Source: Parvularia atlantis (lineage: Eukaryota). From it: 41,266 bases of DNA. Every line of letters starts with the position of its first letter. Within the stretch, counting starts at the first letter, position 1. The notes beneath the pieces were generated by a model. The model saw nothing but the letters and a program-made list of their open reading frames with translations. It was not told where the DNA came from and searched no databases. Positions 22,171-32,630 of the stretch are shown one piece after another. Both the position numbers and the translations under genes were made by a program. The stretch lies in the NCBI GenBank assembly GCA_943704415.1, contig CALSCO010000972.1, forward strand, positions 1-41,266. The letters are read 5' to 3'.

Positions 22171-23096
22171 ATGAGCCCTCTGCGTCTTCTGCTCGTTGCC
22201 GCGGCGCTGGCCGTCGCCGTCGAGCGCGGCGCGGCGCAGGCCCCCGAGGCGCCGGTTTGGCCGGACCAGGTGCGCCGTGCCGCCGTGCGGGCGCCTGCTG
22301 ACGCGGAGGGCGAGCCGGCAGTGGACCGCAATCTTCGCGTTCAATGAGACGTCGGCCGCGGGCGTCGCAACGCCGTGGGAGGCCGGTGCGTGCGGACGGG
22401 CGCGCGTGGACGTGGCCGGGTGCTGATGGCACCATGCAGCCGCCAAGTACTACGACCACACGATCCCCGCGCTGCGCCAGGATCAGATCGTCGAGGGCGC
22501 CGTGACAAAGTCGTTCATCCACATCGGCCCGCGCCTGTACGAGTTTTTCCCGGCGACGGGCGTGTGCGTCTACGTCTTCATGGGTGCGGCGTGCCTCGTA
22601 CGGAGCGACGCAGAACTCAACCCGCGCGTGACGCGCCACTGGCAGGCATCGGCCCGCTCAAGCAGACCTGGCTCGTCGGCGCACCCTACATCGGCGAGTT
22701 CCTGATCAACGACGTGCCGTCGTACGGCTGGGACCAGGGTGCGCCGTCGTGCCGGGCCGCGTGCATATTTTCCCCTCGTGCTCACACGCGCGCGTGCGAT
22801 CGTAGCCGAGCACTACTACTACGCCAGCAAGAACAGCGGCCGCCCTACGCGACTTATCGCGTTCGGCCCGTCGCGCGAGCTGCTCGAGCAGAACTTTGTC
22901 AACTACGTGCGTTTTTTTTGCGCCCTGCTGCGCGTGCTTTGCGCTGACGGGCGCGCAGCTCGAGGGCCCGATCGACCTGCGCAAGTTCGAGGTGCCGGAG
23001 TTTTGCCTGACCAACTCGACGCGCACGGCCACGCTCAAGATCGCCCCGCCGCACTTCATCGTCGACTACTCGGTCCTGTCAAGGTACTACTCGTGA
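22171..23096 (+). CDS. Secreted/lysosomal ependymin-related (EPDR/LolA-fold)-like protein
   Basis: Signal peptide, APVWPDQW at the N-terminus, YYD, Cys followed by GPLKQTWL, and C-terminal FEVPEFC. Five GT-AG introns. The family call rests on motif recognition only. Confidence 0.65.
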
Positions 23097-23142
23097 TCCG
23101 CGCGACGCTGCCGCCGCTCCATGTGAACGCCCTGTCTTGTGT

Positions 23143-23169
23143 CACACACACACACACACACACACACAC
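23143..23169. repeat. (CA)n microsatellite
   Basis: About 13 CA units between convergent stop codons. Confidence 0.95.
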
Positions 23170-23188
23170 GCGCTCAGCCAATCTCCCG

Positions 23189-24214
23189 TCACTCCGGCGG
23201 CAGCACGCGGCGCACAAACACCGCGATGTCGGCCAGCTCCTTGTTGTTGACGCTGTGACCAAGGTTGGGGTACATCTTGAACTCTGCGCCGGTTACGCCG
23301 AGCGCCTTGATCGCCTCAAACGACAGCTTTCTGCCGTGTGACGGTCTGAGTACGCGCACAGAGACACACGGGCCACCGCGCACCCCCAGTGTGGTGCAAC
23401 GACCGGGTCCTCCTCGCCGTGGCACATGAGGATCGGCGTGTCTTTGTTGGGGCGCGCCTCGACCTGCTCGCGCGAGAACGTCTTGCCGAGGGGTAGGTAC
23501 CCGCTGAGCGCGAGAATGCCGGCCAACTTGAGGTCGGTCGACAGGCCCGTGTACAGGCTCATCGCCGCGCCCTGAGAGAAGCCCGAGAGCAGCACGCGCT
23601 GCGAGGGGATGCCGGCGTCAACCTCGGCCTGGATCAGCTCGCGGACTGCGCGCGGCGCGTCAGCCACAAGGCACGCACACATGCCGGACGCACTGTACGC
23701 TGCCGACGCGGCGATGCCGGCCTCGTCTTCGCGTGCGCGCGCGTGCAGGTCCACAATGTCGTACCAGCCTGCGGTCAGTGCGCGTGTGAGCGTCGGCACG
23801 GCAGGGGACGGGCGCGCACCGGGCATCGCCATGCCCATGTTGACCGTGATCGGGCGCGTGGGGCTGCCGGGTGTGCGAGCAGTGAGACGTCGAGCGGGCG
23901 GGCACGGCGCGGGCGTCGGCGCACGCTGTCGGCAGCACAAACTTGACGTGCGGCAGACCCGGCGCGAGCATGTCAGCGACGTCGGACCATCCTGTCCGCA
24001 CACGCGCACGACGCGTCGGCTGAGGCGGCACGCGATCGTACGGCACGCGGGCCGCGCACCGTGGCCCGTGTCGCCCAGGCCGTGCAGGATCAGCATCGTC
24101 GCGGTGTGCTTGGCCGTCGGCTGAACGACGATCGGCGCGGTCCTGCGCGGCCGCCTCAGCGCGCGGCACCGATCGCACTCACACAACAACGACGCACGCG
24201 GACTTGCTCGCCAT
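23189..24214 (-). CDS. LYPLA1: Acyl-protein thioesterase / lysophospholipase 1/2
   Basis: LHGLGDTGHGW, PTAPTRPITVNMGMAMPGWYDI, GFSQG nucleophile, CHGEEDPVV, YPNLGHS (Ser-Asp-His triad). Confidence 0.95.
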
Positions 24215-24426
24215 GGCACGGTGCAGCAGCAGCAGCAGAACGGACGAGCGCAGGGCCGAGCTGCGCGCGTCGTCAGAGATCGGTGACAGAACGCGCAGCT
24301 GTCACGCAACCGCCACATTGAAAGCGGCGGGCGGATGCGCGCACGGGTGTGGCGACGGAGTGCTGATGCTTCTCTCTCGCGTCTCTCGCGCAGCGCGATC
24401 CGCCCCGCGCGCAGCCCGCCGCCGCG

Positions 24427-26307
24427 ATGGACGCAGACGACTTCATGGACGAGGGCGGCGAGGACTATGGCTTCGAGTACGAGAGCGACGACGGCGAGGA
24501 GCCCGACGTCGACCTCGAGAACCAGTACTACAACGCCAAGGGTGCAATGCGGATGCGGATGCGATCGCGGGGCATGACGTGACGCGCGCGCGGGACGCAG
24601 CGCTCAAGGAGGACGCGCCGCGCGACGCCCTCGCTGCGTTCCAGAAGGTCGTCGCGAGCGAGGCCGAGAAGGGCGACTGGTGCGCGGGCAGCGCGCGCCG
24701 ATGCGTCTACAACGTCTCAACGTCGGCGGCGCAACGGCAGGGGCTTCAAGGCGCACAAGCAGATGGTCAAGCTGCACTTCCGCCTGGGTGACACCAAGGC
24801 GGTGCGCGCGCCGGTACCGCATCGCTGCCCGGCTCAAGAGGCGCGACGCGTCAGTGCCTCGCCACGTACAAGCAGCTGCTGACGTACATCAAGTCGGCCG
24901 TGACGCGCAATTACAGCGAGAAGTCGATCAACTCGATCCTCGACCTCATCTCGGCCTCGCCCGACACCGACTTTCTCGAGCAGTTCTACTCGGCCACGCT
25001 GGCGGTGCTCGAGGACTCGCAGAACGAGGTCGGCACGAACAACCGCTGCGCAGAGGAGTCGTGCTAACGCGCCTGCGGACGCACAGCGGCTGTGGTTCAA
25101 AACCAACGTCAAGCTGGCCAAGCTCTGGCTGGACCGCGGCGAGTACGCGCGCCTCAACAAGATCCTGCGCGCGCTGCATCAGGCGTGCCAGTCGGAGGAC
25201 GGGACGGACGACACAAAGAAGGGCACGCAGCTGCTCGAAATCTACGCGCTCGAGATCCAGATGTACACCGCGACCAAAAACAACAAGAAACTCAAGGTGT
25301 GCGTGGCGGTTGCTGCGCCGTGTTCGAGCGCGCTGACGGCCACCCGGTGCAGGAGTTGTACAACCTGTCGCTGCGCATCAAGTCGGCCATCCCGCACCCG
25401 CGCATCATGGGCATCATCCGCGAGTGCGGCGGCAAGATGCACATGAGCGAAGGTGCGGTGCCGTATGCGTGTGCGCGCTGCGGCTCACGTGCTGGCGTGC
25501 AGGGCAATGGGAGCTCGCGCACAAGGACTTTTTCGAGGCGTTCAAGAACTACGACGAGGCCGGGAGCTCGCGGCGTATCCAGTGCCTCAAGTACCTTGTG
25601 CTGGCGAGCATGATCATGCAATCGCAGATCGACCCCTTCGCTGCGCAGGAGACGAAGCCGTGCGTTTGACCGCTGGGCGCGCGAGGTCTGATCCGCGCGT
25701 GCGCGTGTGTGCAGATACAAGAACGACCCGGAGATCATGGCGATGACGAACCTCAACTCGGCGCACCAGCGCAAGGAGATCCTCGAGTTTGAGAAGATTC
25801 TGCGCGGTACGCCCGGGCGAGCTTTGCGGTCGTCGGCATGCTGAGCGCCCGCACGACGCACAGACAACCGCAAGACGATCATGGACGACCCGTTCATCCG
25901 CGACTACATCGAGGAGCTGCTCAAGTCGATCCGGACGACAGTGCTGATCGCGCTGATCAAGCCGTACACGCGGCTCGACCTGTCGTTTGTGGCTCGCCAG
26001 GTGCGCCGTGCGCCGGACTGCCCGCTTGTCGAGCCTGACGCCCTTGCGCAGCTCAACATCACACCGGCCGAGGTCGAGACGCTCCTCGTCGCGCTCATTC
26101 TCGACGGTCAGATCGACGGGCGCATCGACCAGGTGCGCGCCGGCTGGCCGGCCACCGCGCAAGGGCTCACGTCGCCGCGGGGCGCAGGTCAACCAGCGGC
26201 TCGAACTCAACCAGCACCGGCAGGAGACGCAGCTGTACGGCGCGATGGACAAGTGGTCGCAGCAGCTGCGCGTGCTCGTGGGGCAGGTGGCCGACCGCAT
26301 TTCGTGA
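24427..26307 (+). CDS. COPS2: COP9 signalosome subunit 2
   Basis: [96 protein letters not shown] domain. Confidence 0.98.
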
Positions 26308-26321
26308 CGTTTGTTCTGTAC

Positions 26322-27175
26322 ATGGCGATCGCGTACGAGCCCGAGCCGCTGCCGGTGTCGGTCTTTGTCGAGGTCGTGCGGCTGCTGCGCTGCCCGTGAA
26401 ACGCGTTGCTGACACGCGTACGCGCACGCAACGGCAGCGGTACCTCTCGCGCAACGAGCCGGTCGTGTTTGGCCCGGCGCTGACGGCGCGCTGGCGATCG
26501 CGGCGCGAGTGGGTCGACGCGGCGGGCGAGCCGCGGTGGGACGTGCTGACGGCGCTCTTTGGCGACGCGACGGTGACGGCGACCGACACGGCGCGCGAGG
26601 CGGCGTATGGCGAGGCGCCGCAGCGGACGATGCGGTTGCGCGACTACTTCGCTGAGTGGCGCGCGCCGGGCGGGGCCGGGCGCTGGTACGTCAAGGACTG
26701 GCACCTGCACGTGGCGGCGCCCGGGTACGACGCGTACGAGACGCCGGCCGTCTTTGCGGACGACTGGATCAACGCGTGGTGGGACGCGACCGCGCCGGGC
26801 GACGACTACCGCTTCTGCTACATGGGGCCGGACGGGACGCGCACGCCGCTGCACGTCGACGTGTTCCGGTGCGCCTTGCGCTTGATCACGCCCCGTGCTC
26901 GCTCACTGTGCGCGAGCAGGTCGTACTCGTGGTCGACCAACGTGTGCGGGCGCAAGCGCTGGACGCTGTTCGCGCCCGAGCAGCGCGGGCTGCTGATGCA
27001 CCGGACGCTGCCCAACACGCTCGTGCGCGACGTGCACGCGCCGATCGACGCGGCCGCCTTCCCGCGCGCCACAGAGGCCGTGCCGCGCGTCGTTGAGCAG
27101 CTGCCGGGCGAGACGATCTTCGTGCCGAGCGGGTGGGCGCACCAGGTCGCGAACGTGGTGCGCGCCGCCTGTGTC

Positions 27176-27208
<33 letters not shown>

Positions 27209-29540
27209 TGCTGACGGGTGTGCGCGCCAGGGCGACACGATCTCGATCAACCACAACTGGGGCAACGCGCACAACGTGCACGCGATGTGGGCGCAGCTGC
27301 TCGAGGACCTGGACCTAGTCGAGCACGGTGCGCGCCTCCGTGCGGACGCAAGACACGGGCCGATCGGGCTGCTCACAGCGATCGCCGACGAGCGCGCGAG
27401 CCTCGCCGACGACTGGGCGCCGCACTGCCAGCGCCTGCTGCGCGCCCAGGCCGGGCTGGACCTGGCCGGCTTTGCGCGGTACCTGAGGCACGGGCGCGCG
27501 ATCGTGCTCGCGGGCGCGTCATCGGCCTCGCCGTCGAGCGCCTGGGCGCTGCAGCAGCTGCGCGACGTCGCACGAGGCCTCCGCGAGCGCGCCCCGCTCG
27601 ACGGCGACGTCGCGGCGCTGTGCGACGAGATCCGCAAGGCCGAGGAGGAGCGCATCGCCAAGCAAGTTGCCGAGATCGAGGATGTGCGCACGCTCGAGAT
27701 CGCCCTGCGCAACGGCCTCGACCTGCATGTCATTGGTATGCGCCTCCTTGAGCCGGTCACGGCTGACATGCACGCGCAGACGCCGATAAGCAGAACCTCC
27801 TGCACCTGGCCGTCATGCAGAAGAACAAGTCGCTCGTGCAGGTGCACGACGCACGTGGCTCGCGCTTGACCTCACGCGCGGCCCTCGCAGGCGCTGCTAG
27901 CCAAGGGCCGCGACATCGACGCGCGAACGGTCAAGCGCGAGACGCCCCTGCACTACGCTGCTCGCGCTCAGCACCGCGGCATCTTCGACATCCTCGTGGC
28001 CGCGGGCGCGGATTGTGCCGTCAAGAACTCGGAGGGCAAGACGGCCGAAGATCTGTGGCCGAGCGCGGCCCCTGCACGCCGTGCACCGCAGCCGCCCTCG
28101 CTGGTGTATGTGCGACCGATCAGCGAGCCCGGTGCAGCTGCTCCTGTGGCTGCGCGCGGTACACTGCTTTTGTGCCGGCTAGGTCGATGTGCTGATGTGT
28201 GCGCACGCAGGCTCGTGGTCGTCTGTGGACGACGAGCAGCGCACGAAGGAGATTGAGACGTCACGCCCGCAGCGTGCGTGCTTCGGTGCTTATTTGTGCA
28301 GACGCCTGACCGTGCATTTCGCAGCGGCGCGTGCAAGTGGCGTTGCCGAGGAAGGCGCGATCCCGTTCAAGTTGCTGAAAAAGGGCGCTGAGCTTGGCAG
28401 GGGCGGCATGGGCGTTGTGTTCATGGGCTCGTATCTGGGCTCCGACGTGCGCCCCGTCTTGTGCGCATCAGTCGTGCTGATGTGCGCCTCGTGCAGGTTG
28501 TGATCAAGCAGATCCAGCCTCAGCGCAAGGACCACAAAGCAGAGGCGCAGTTCTTGCGTGAGATTGCGACGCAGAAGTGCGCGTGTGCTGAGCTTGATGC
28601 GCGACTGACAGCGGTATCACAGGGATATGCAGCACAAGCACGTCGTGCAGACGTTTGGTGTGGCGCAGGACGGGGACGCGTGCGTGCCCACTGGCACGTC
28701 GCGCCAGCTGAAGCCGGCATGCACGGCAGGTGGCTGCTGGTAACTGAGTACTGCAAGTTGGGCAGCCTCGGCGATATGATCTACAGCCACGAGCGCAAGG
28801 CGCAGCTGACGTCGGCGCGGCGTTTGGGCATGCTCGCGCAGGTACGTTTGCAGCACAAGTGAGCGCGGCACGACTGAGAGCGGCGTGCAACGCACAGGCG
28901 GCGAGCGGCATGGCGTACCTGCACCGGAGCAAGGTGCTGCACAGCGACCTCAAGCCGGACAACATCCTCGTGAGACAGCGCAGCGTGTGGCGCGGCGCTG
29001 CCTCACCGGTGCGACGCAGGTGACGGACAACTGGACGGTCAAGATCGCCGACTTTGGGCTGTCGATGGTGCTGGGCACGACGATCGGCTACGAGCAGCGC
29101 CCTGGCGGCCTGACGCTGCACTACGCCGCGCCCGAGGTGCGCTCGACTGTTTGCTCGAGGGCCACTCGCTGATGATGACTGTCTGCAGACGCTGCGCGGC
29201 GAGCCCGTGTCGCTCCCGGCGGACGTGTTCAGCTTCGCGATCACGATGTGGGAGGTGTGGACGATGTCGACGCCGTACGCGGACAAGAACCATGTGCCGC
29301 CGCACCTTGTCGCCGGGCTCGTTGCGAGCTATCTCGGCCTGGTGCGTGTTCTCTGGTGCACTTTGGCTCCGCGTTCTGCGCGCTGACCCTGTGGCGCAGT
29401 TCCGCCCGACGATCGACAACAAGATCCCCGAGGCGCTTGCTAAGCTGATGCGTGCGGGCTGGGACAACGACCCGTCCAAGCGCCCGATCTTTGCCGAGCT
29501 GCACGACAAGCTTGCCGAGCTCACGGCGACGCTCGTCTGA
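26322..29540 (+). CDS. JMJD4-type JmjC 2-OG dioxygenase fused to ankyrin repeats and a TKL-family protein kinase
   Basis: Jmj[64 protein letters not shown]. The frame continues without a stop into QNLLHLAV and ETPLHYAA (ankyrins), then a kinase with [30 protein letters not shown] and W-x-x-DP-x-x-RP. Confidence 0.85.
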
Positions 29541-29567
29541 CGCGCTCGAGTGCTTCGCTTCTCTGTG

Positions 29568-29568
<1 letters not shown>

Positions 29569-29658
<90 letters not shown>
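29569..29658. repeat. (CT)n microsatellite
   Basis: About 45 CT units downstream of the kinase stop. Confidence 0.98.
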
Positions 29659-29662
<4 letters not shown>

Positions 29663-29877
29663 CCTGATAGCATGTGCCGTCTACCACCGTCATGACCGTG
29701 TGCGTATGTCATCGAGTGCGTGAGTCATCGAGGGTCAGCTCGCACAGTGTGTTTTGTACAACGGCCACCGCCTCACGCTTGACTTTCCAGTGTGAACCGT
29801 TCTGGCCCTCAAGGCCAAACGCGAAGTTTGACCTGAACACCGCGCACTCACAGCCAACCGCGGCGACTCTTACTTAG

Positions 29878-31167
29878 ATGGACCGCACACCGCCACGCAC
29901 CGCCCTGCTCGAACGCCTCGCGCCGCACGTACGCGGCACGATATGGGCCGTGACGGGCGGTGCGGGCTTTTTTGGCGGCACGCTCGTGTGCGCGCTGGCG
30001 GCGGCCGGGGCGCGGCGTGTCGTGAGCATCGATCGTGCGCATCGCGACGAGGCGTTCGACGACCGCGTTGTGCGCGTGGCGGCGGACGTGCGCGACCGGG
30101 CGGCGCTCGCGGGCGCGCTGGCCGGGCGGGGCGTGGACGTGGTAGTGCACGCGGCGTCGTTCTTTGGCGAGCCCGCGTTTGGCACGGCGCGGATCCGGCC
30201 CAAGGGCGCGGCGGCGGCGTGGAGCGTCAACGTGGAGGGGACGCGCGCGGTGCTGGCGGCGGCGGGCGAGTGCGGCGTCGGGCGCGTCGTGTACATCTCT
30301 TCGAGCAGCGCGCTTCTTGGCGGCGACGTGCCGTTCGTCGACAAGCCGGAGGACGCGCCGTACCCGGAGCGCTACATCGACGGCTACGGCGAGGCCAAGG
30401 CGGCAGCTGAGCGCCTCGTGCTCGGCTGGGACGGGCTGCGCGCGTGCGTCGTGCGGCCGAGCGGCATCTACGGCATCGGCGAGACGCTGCATGTGCCGCG
30501 CATCCTCACGATCGCCGACCGGCTGGGCGGCCTGGTGCCGTTCTACTTTGCGGACCGCCCGCTGACGGTGTGCGCGCGTGCGCCGTGCTCGTTGCCGTGC
30601 GCAGCTGCTGAGCGCGCCCGCAGGACTGGACGCACGTCGACAACCTCGTGCTCGCGACCGTACTCGCCGCGAGCGCGCTCGTCGGGCCGCAGGCGCGGAC
30701 GCACGGGCAGGTGCTGCACGTGACAGACGGCGTCGCGATCGGTGCGTGCAGCACCGTCCGTCGGCCGTGGCCTCACTGTGCGCTTCCCGCAGAGAACCTC
30801 GAGTTCTTCCGGCCGGTGCTTGAGGCGGTGGGCGCGCGCATCGTGCGGCTCGTGCCGGTGCCGCTGTGGCTGCTGATGCCGCTGGCGTGGCTCGCAGAGC
30901 TGCTTTGCTGGTGCGCCCCCCCCCCCCCCCCCTTTCCTTCGGCACGGCGCTGACCCGGGCCGCAGGTGGCTGCTGGAGCTGACGGGCGTGCGCATCGACC
31001 CGTTCATGACGCAAATCGAGGCGTTCAAGGCGTGCCGCACGCACACGCTCGGCCTTGCACGCACGCGCACGCTCCTGCCCGACCTCTTCCCGCTCGTCGT
31101 GCCGCTCGCGCAGGGCCAGGCCGAGCTCGCGCAGCACTACGGCCGCGCCTGGCGCAAGTCCGTGTGA
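29878..31167 (+). CDS. 3-beta-hydroxysteroid dehydrogenase-like extended SDR (SDR42E1/NSDHL-like)
   Basis: VTGGAGFFG Rossmann motif, VNVEGT, YGEAK (YxxxK), RPSGIYGIGE, DWTHVDNLV. Three introns. Confidence 0.9.
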
Positions 31168-31217
31168 GCCACGTTCGAGGTGTGTTTCGAGCTGTCATAG
31201 ACCTCGGTCACGTGGTC

Positions 31218-31225
31218 TGACGTCA
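31218..31225. promoter_or_regulatory. Palindromic CRE (TGACGTCA), next to E-box GTCACGTG (31207-31214)
   Basis: Exact CRE ending 14 nt before the predicted ATG of the ATF-type bZIP. Confidence 0.55.
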
Positions 31226-31239
31226 CAGCCACTTTGGCG

Positions 31240-32561
31240 ATGTCGGCGCGCCTCACACCGCTCGTGCTGCCGACGCGGACGGGTGCGCGGCGTGCGGCCG
31301 TGAGTGCCGCGTGCACAGCGGTGTTGACGATGCGCGAGTCGCAGCGACGGCCGACGCCGCAGCCGCCGCGCTCGGCGTCCTGCCCACGCCAAACACGTTC
31401 TTCGACCAGCTCAACGGCGTCACCACGCCCGCGCCTGGCGTGCTGCACACCAGCGGTGGCGGCGGCGGCGGCGGCGCGCTGACGTCGACGGTGAGCGCGC
31501 TGGCGGCGGCGGCGGGTGTCACGCTCGAGGCGAATCCGTTTGGTGCGCGGGACAATGCGCGGACGCGACGCGACAACGGTCTGAGGCCTCCGCGCGCAGA
31601 CAGCGTCTTCTCGGCCGCGACGGGGATTCAACAGCTCGCGATGGGCGCCGAGGTGGCACAGCGCGCCGATCAGCAGCAGCAGGCCGCGGGGCGCATCGGG
31701 AGCCGCACGGGGTCGATGCACCTGCTAACGGCCGCGTCGGAGCTCGAGCTGGCCGTGCACGCGAGTTCCGGTGCGCGCAGCCGCCACTGCGTTCGCGGCG
31801 CAACACTCATGGTGCCGCTGCCGTAGAGTTGGCCGGTGACGCCGCGCTCACGGCCCAGGCGCTGCTGTCGACGCTGCCGACGATCCACGTGCCCCGGCCG
31901 CGCGGGACAGCGGACGCAGCGGGCGCGGCGGGTGCGGCGGGCGCGGCGGGCAAGATCGCGACGCGATCGGCCAGTGGTAAGCGGCGCACCAGCCCGCCCG
32001 CTTCCACCGCCGCCGCCGCCGCGCCGTCGTCGTCCCGGGACAGTGCCAAGACCGACTCGGAGGGTGCGCGCCCACATGCTCCTTGCTCGCCTGCCGAGCC
32101 GCTCACCGTCGCGCAGGCGAGACAAGCAGCGAGGTCGACGAGCGGCGCGAGCGGTTCCTCGCGCGCAACCGCATCGCCGCGCAAAAGTGCCGGCGCAAGC
32201 GCAAGGAGCGCCTCAACGACCTCCACACGGCAACGACCGAGCTGCAGAGGTGCGCCATTGATGCGCAGCGTGTGCACCGTGTTGCCGACGCGCAGCGCAG
32301 AGCGAACGAGATGCTGATCAAGGAGATCTCGTTCCTCAAGGACGAAAACTACTACGTGCGCACGCTGCTGCTCGAACACCGCGACTGCGAGGTGCTCAAG
32401 GTGCGCCCCCGTGTGCTGCGCGTGCCGCTCGTACTCACTATGCCGCGCAGGAGAACGGCATGGCCGAGCTGCTCGACTCGGTCACGCGCCCGTCCCTGCC
32501 CAACGCCATCTCGGCGGCGCAGCTGGCGCCGGTCGTCGCGCGGACGTCGTCGCTCAGCTGA
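31240..32561 (+). CDS. ATF2/Atf1-family bZIP transcription factor
   Basis: LPTPNTF (MAPK-site-like) and LEANPFDSVF, basic region RRERFLARNRIAAQKCRRKRKE, and a zipper ending LLLEHRDC (compare ATF2/Atf1 LLAHKDC). The first exon is inferred via intron 31283-31344. Confidence 0.85.
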
Positions 32562-32630
32562 GGAGAGAGACACCTGTACGATCACGAACGACAAACTAGC
32601 TTGATGGGGGGAAACCGGCAACAGAGGGCA

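Noticed and set aside
24347..24393. Branch point plus acceptor upstream of ATGs (CSN2; also the elongase and Rad21) as trans-splice sites
   Set aside because: Plausible cis GT donors lie just upstream, so ordinary 5'UTR introns explain them.
29452..29712. ORFs encoding (ER)n or (SL)n
   Set aside because: They are translations of the (CT)n microsatellite.
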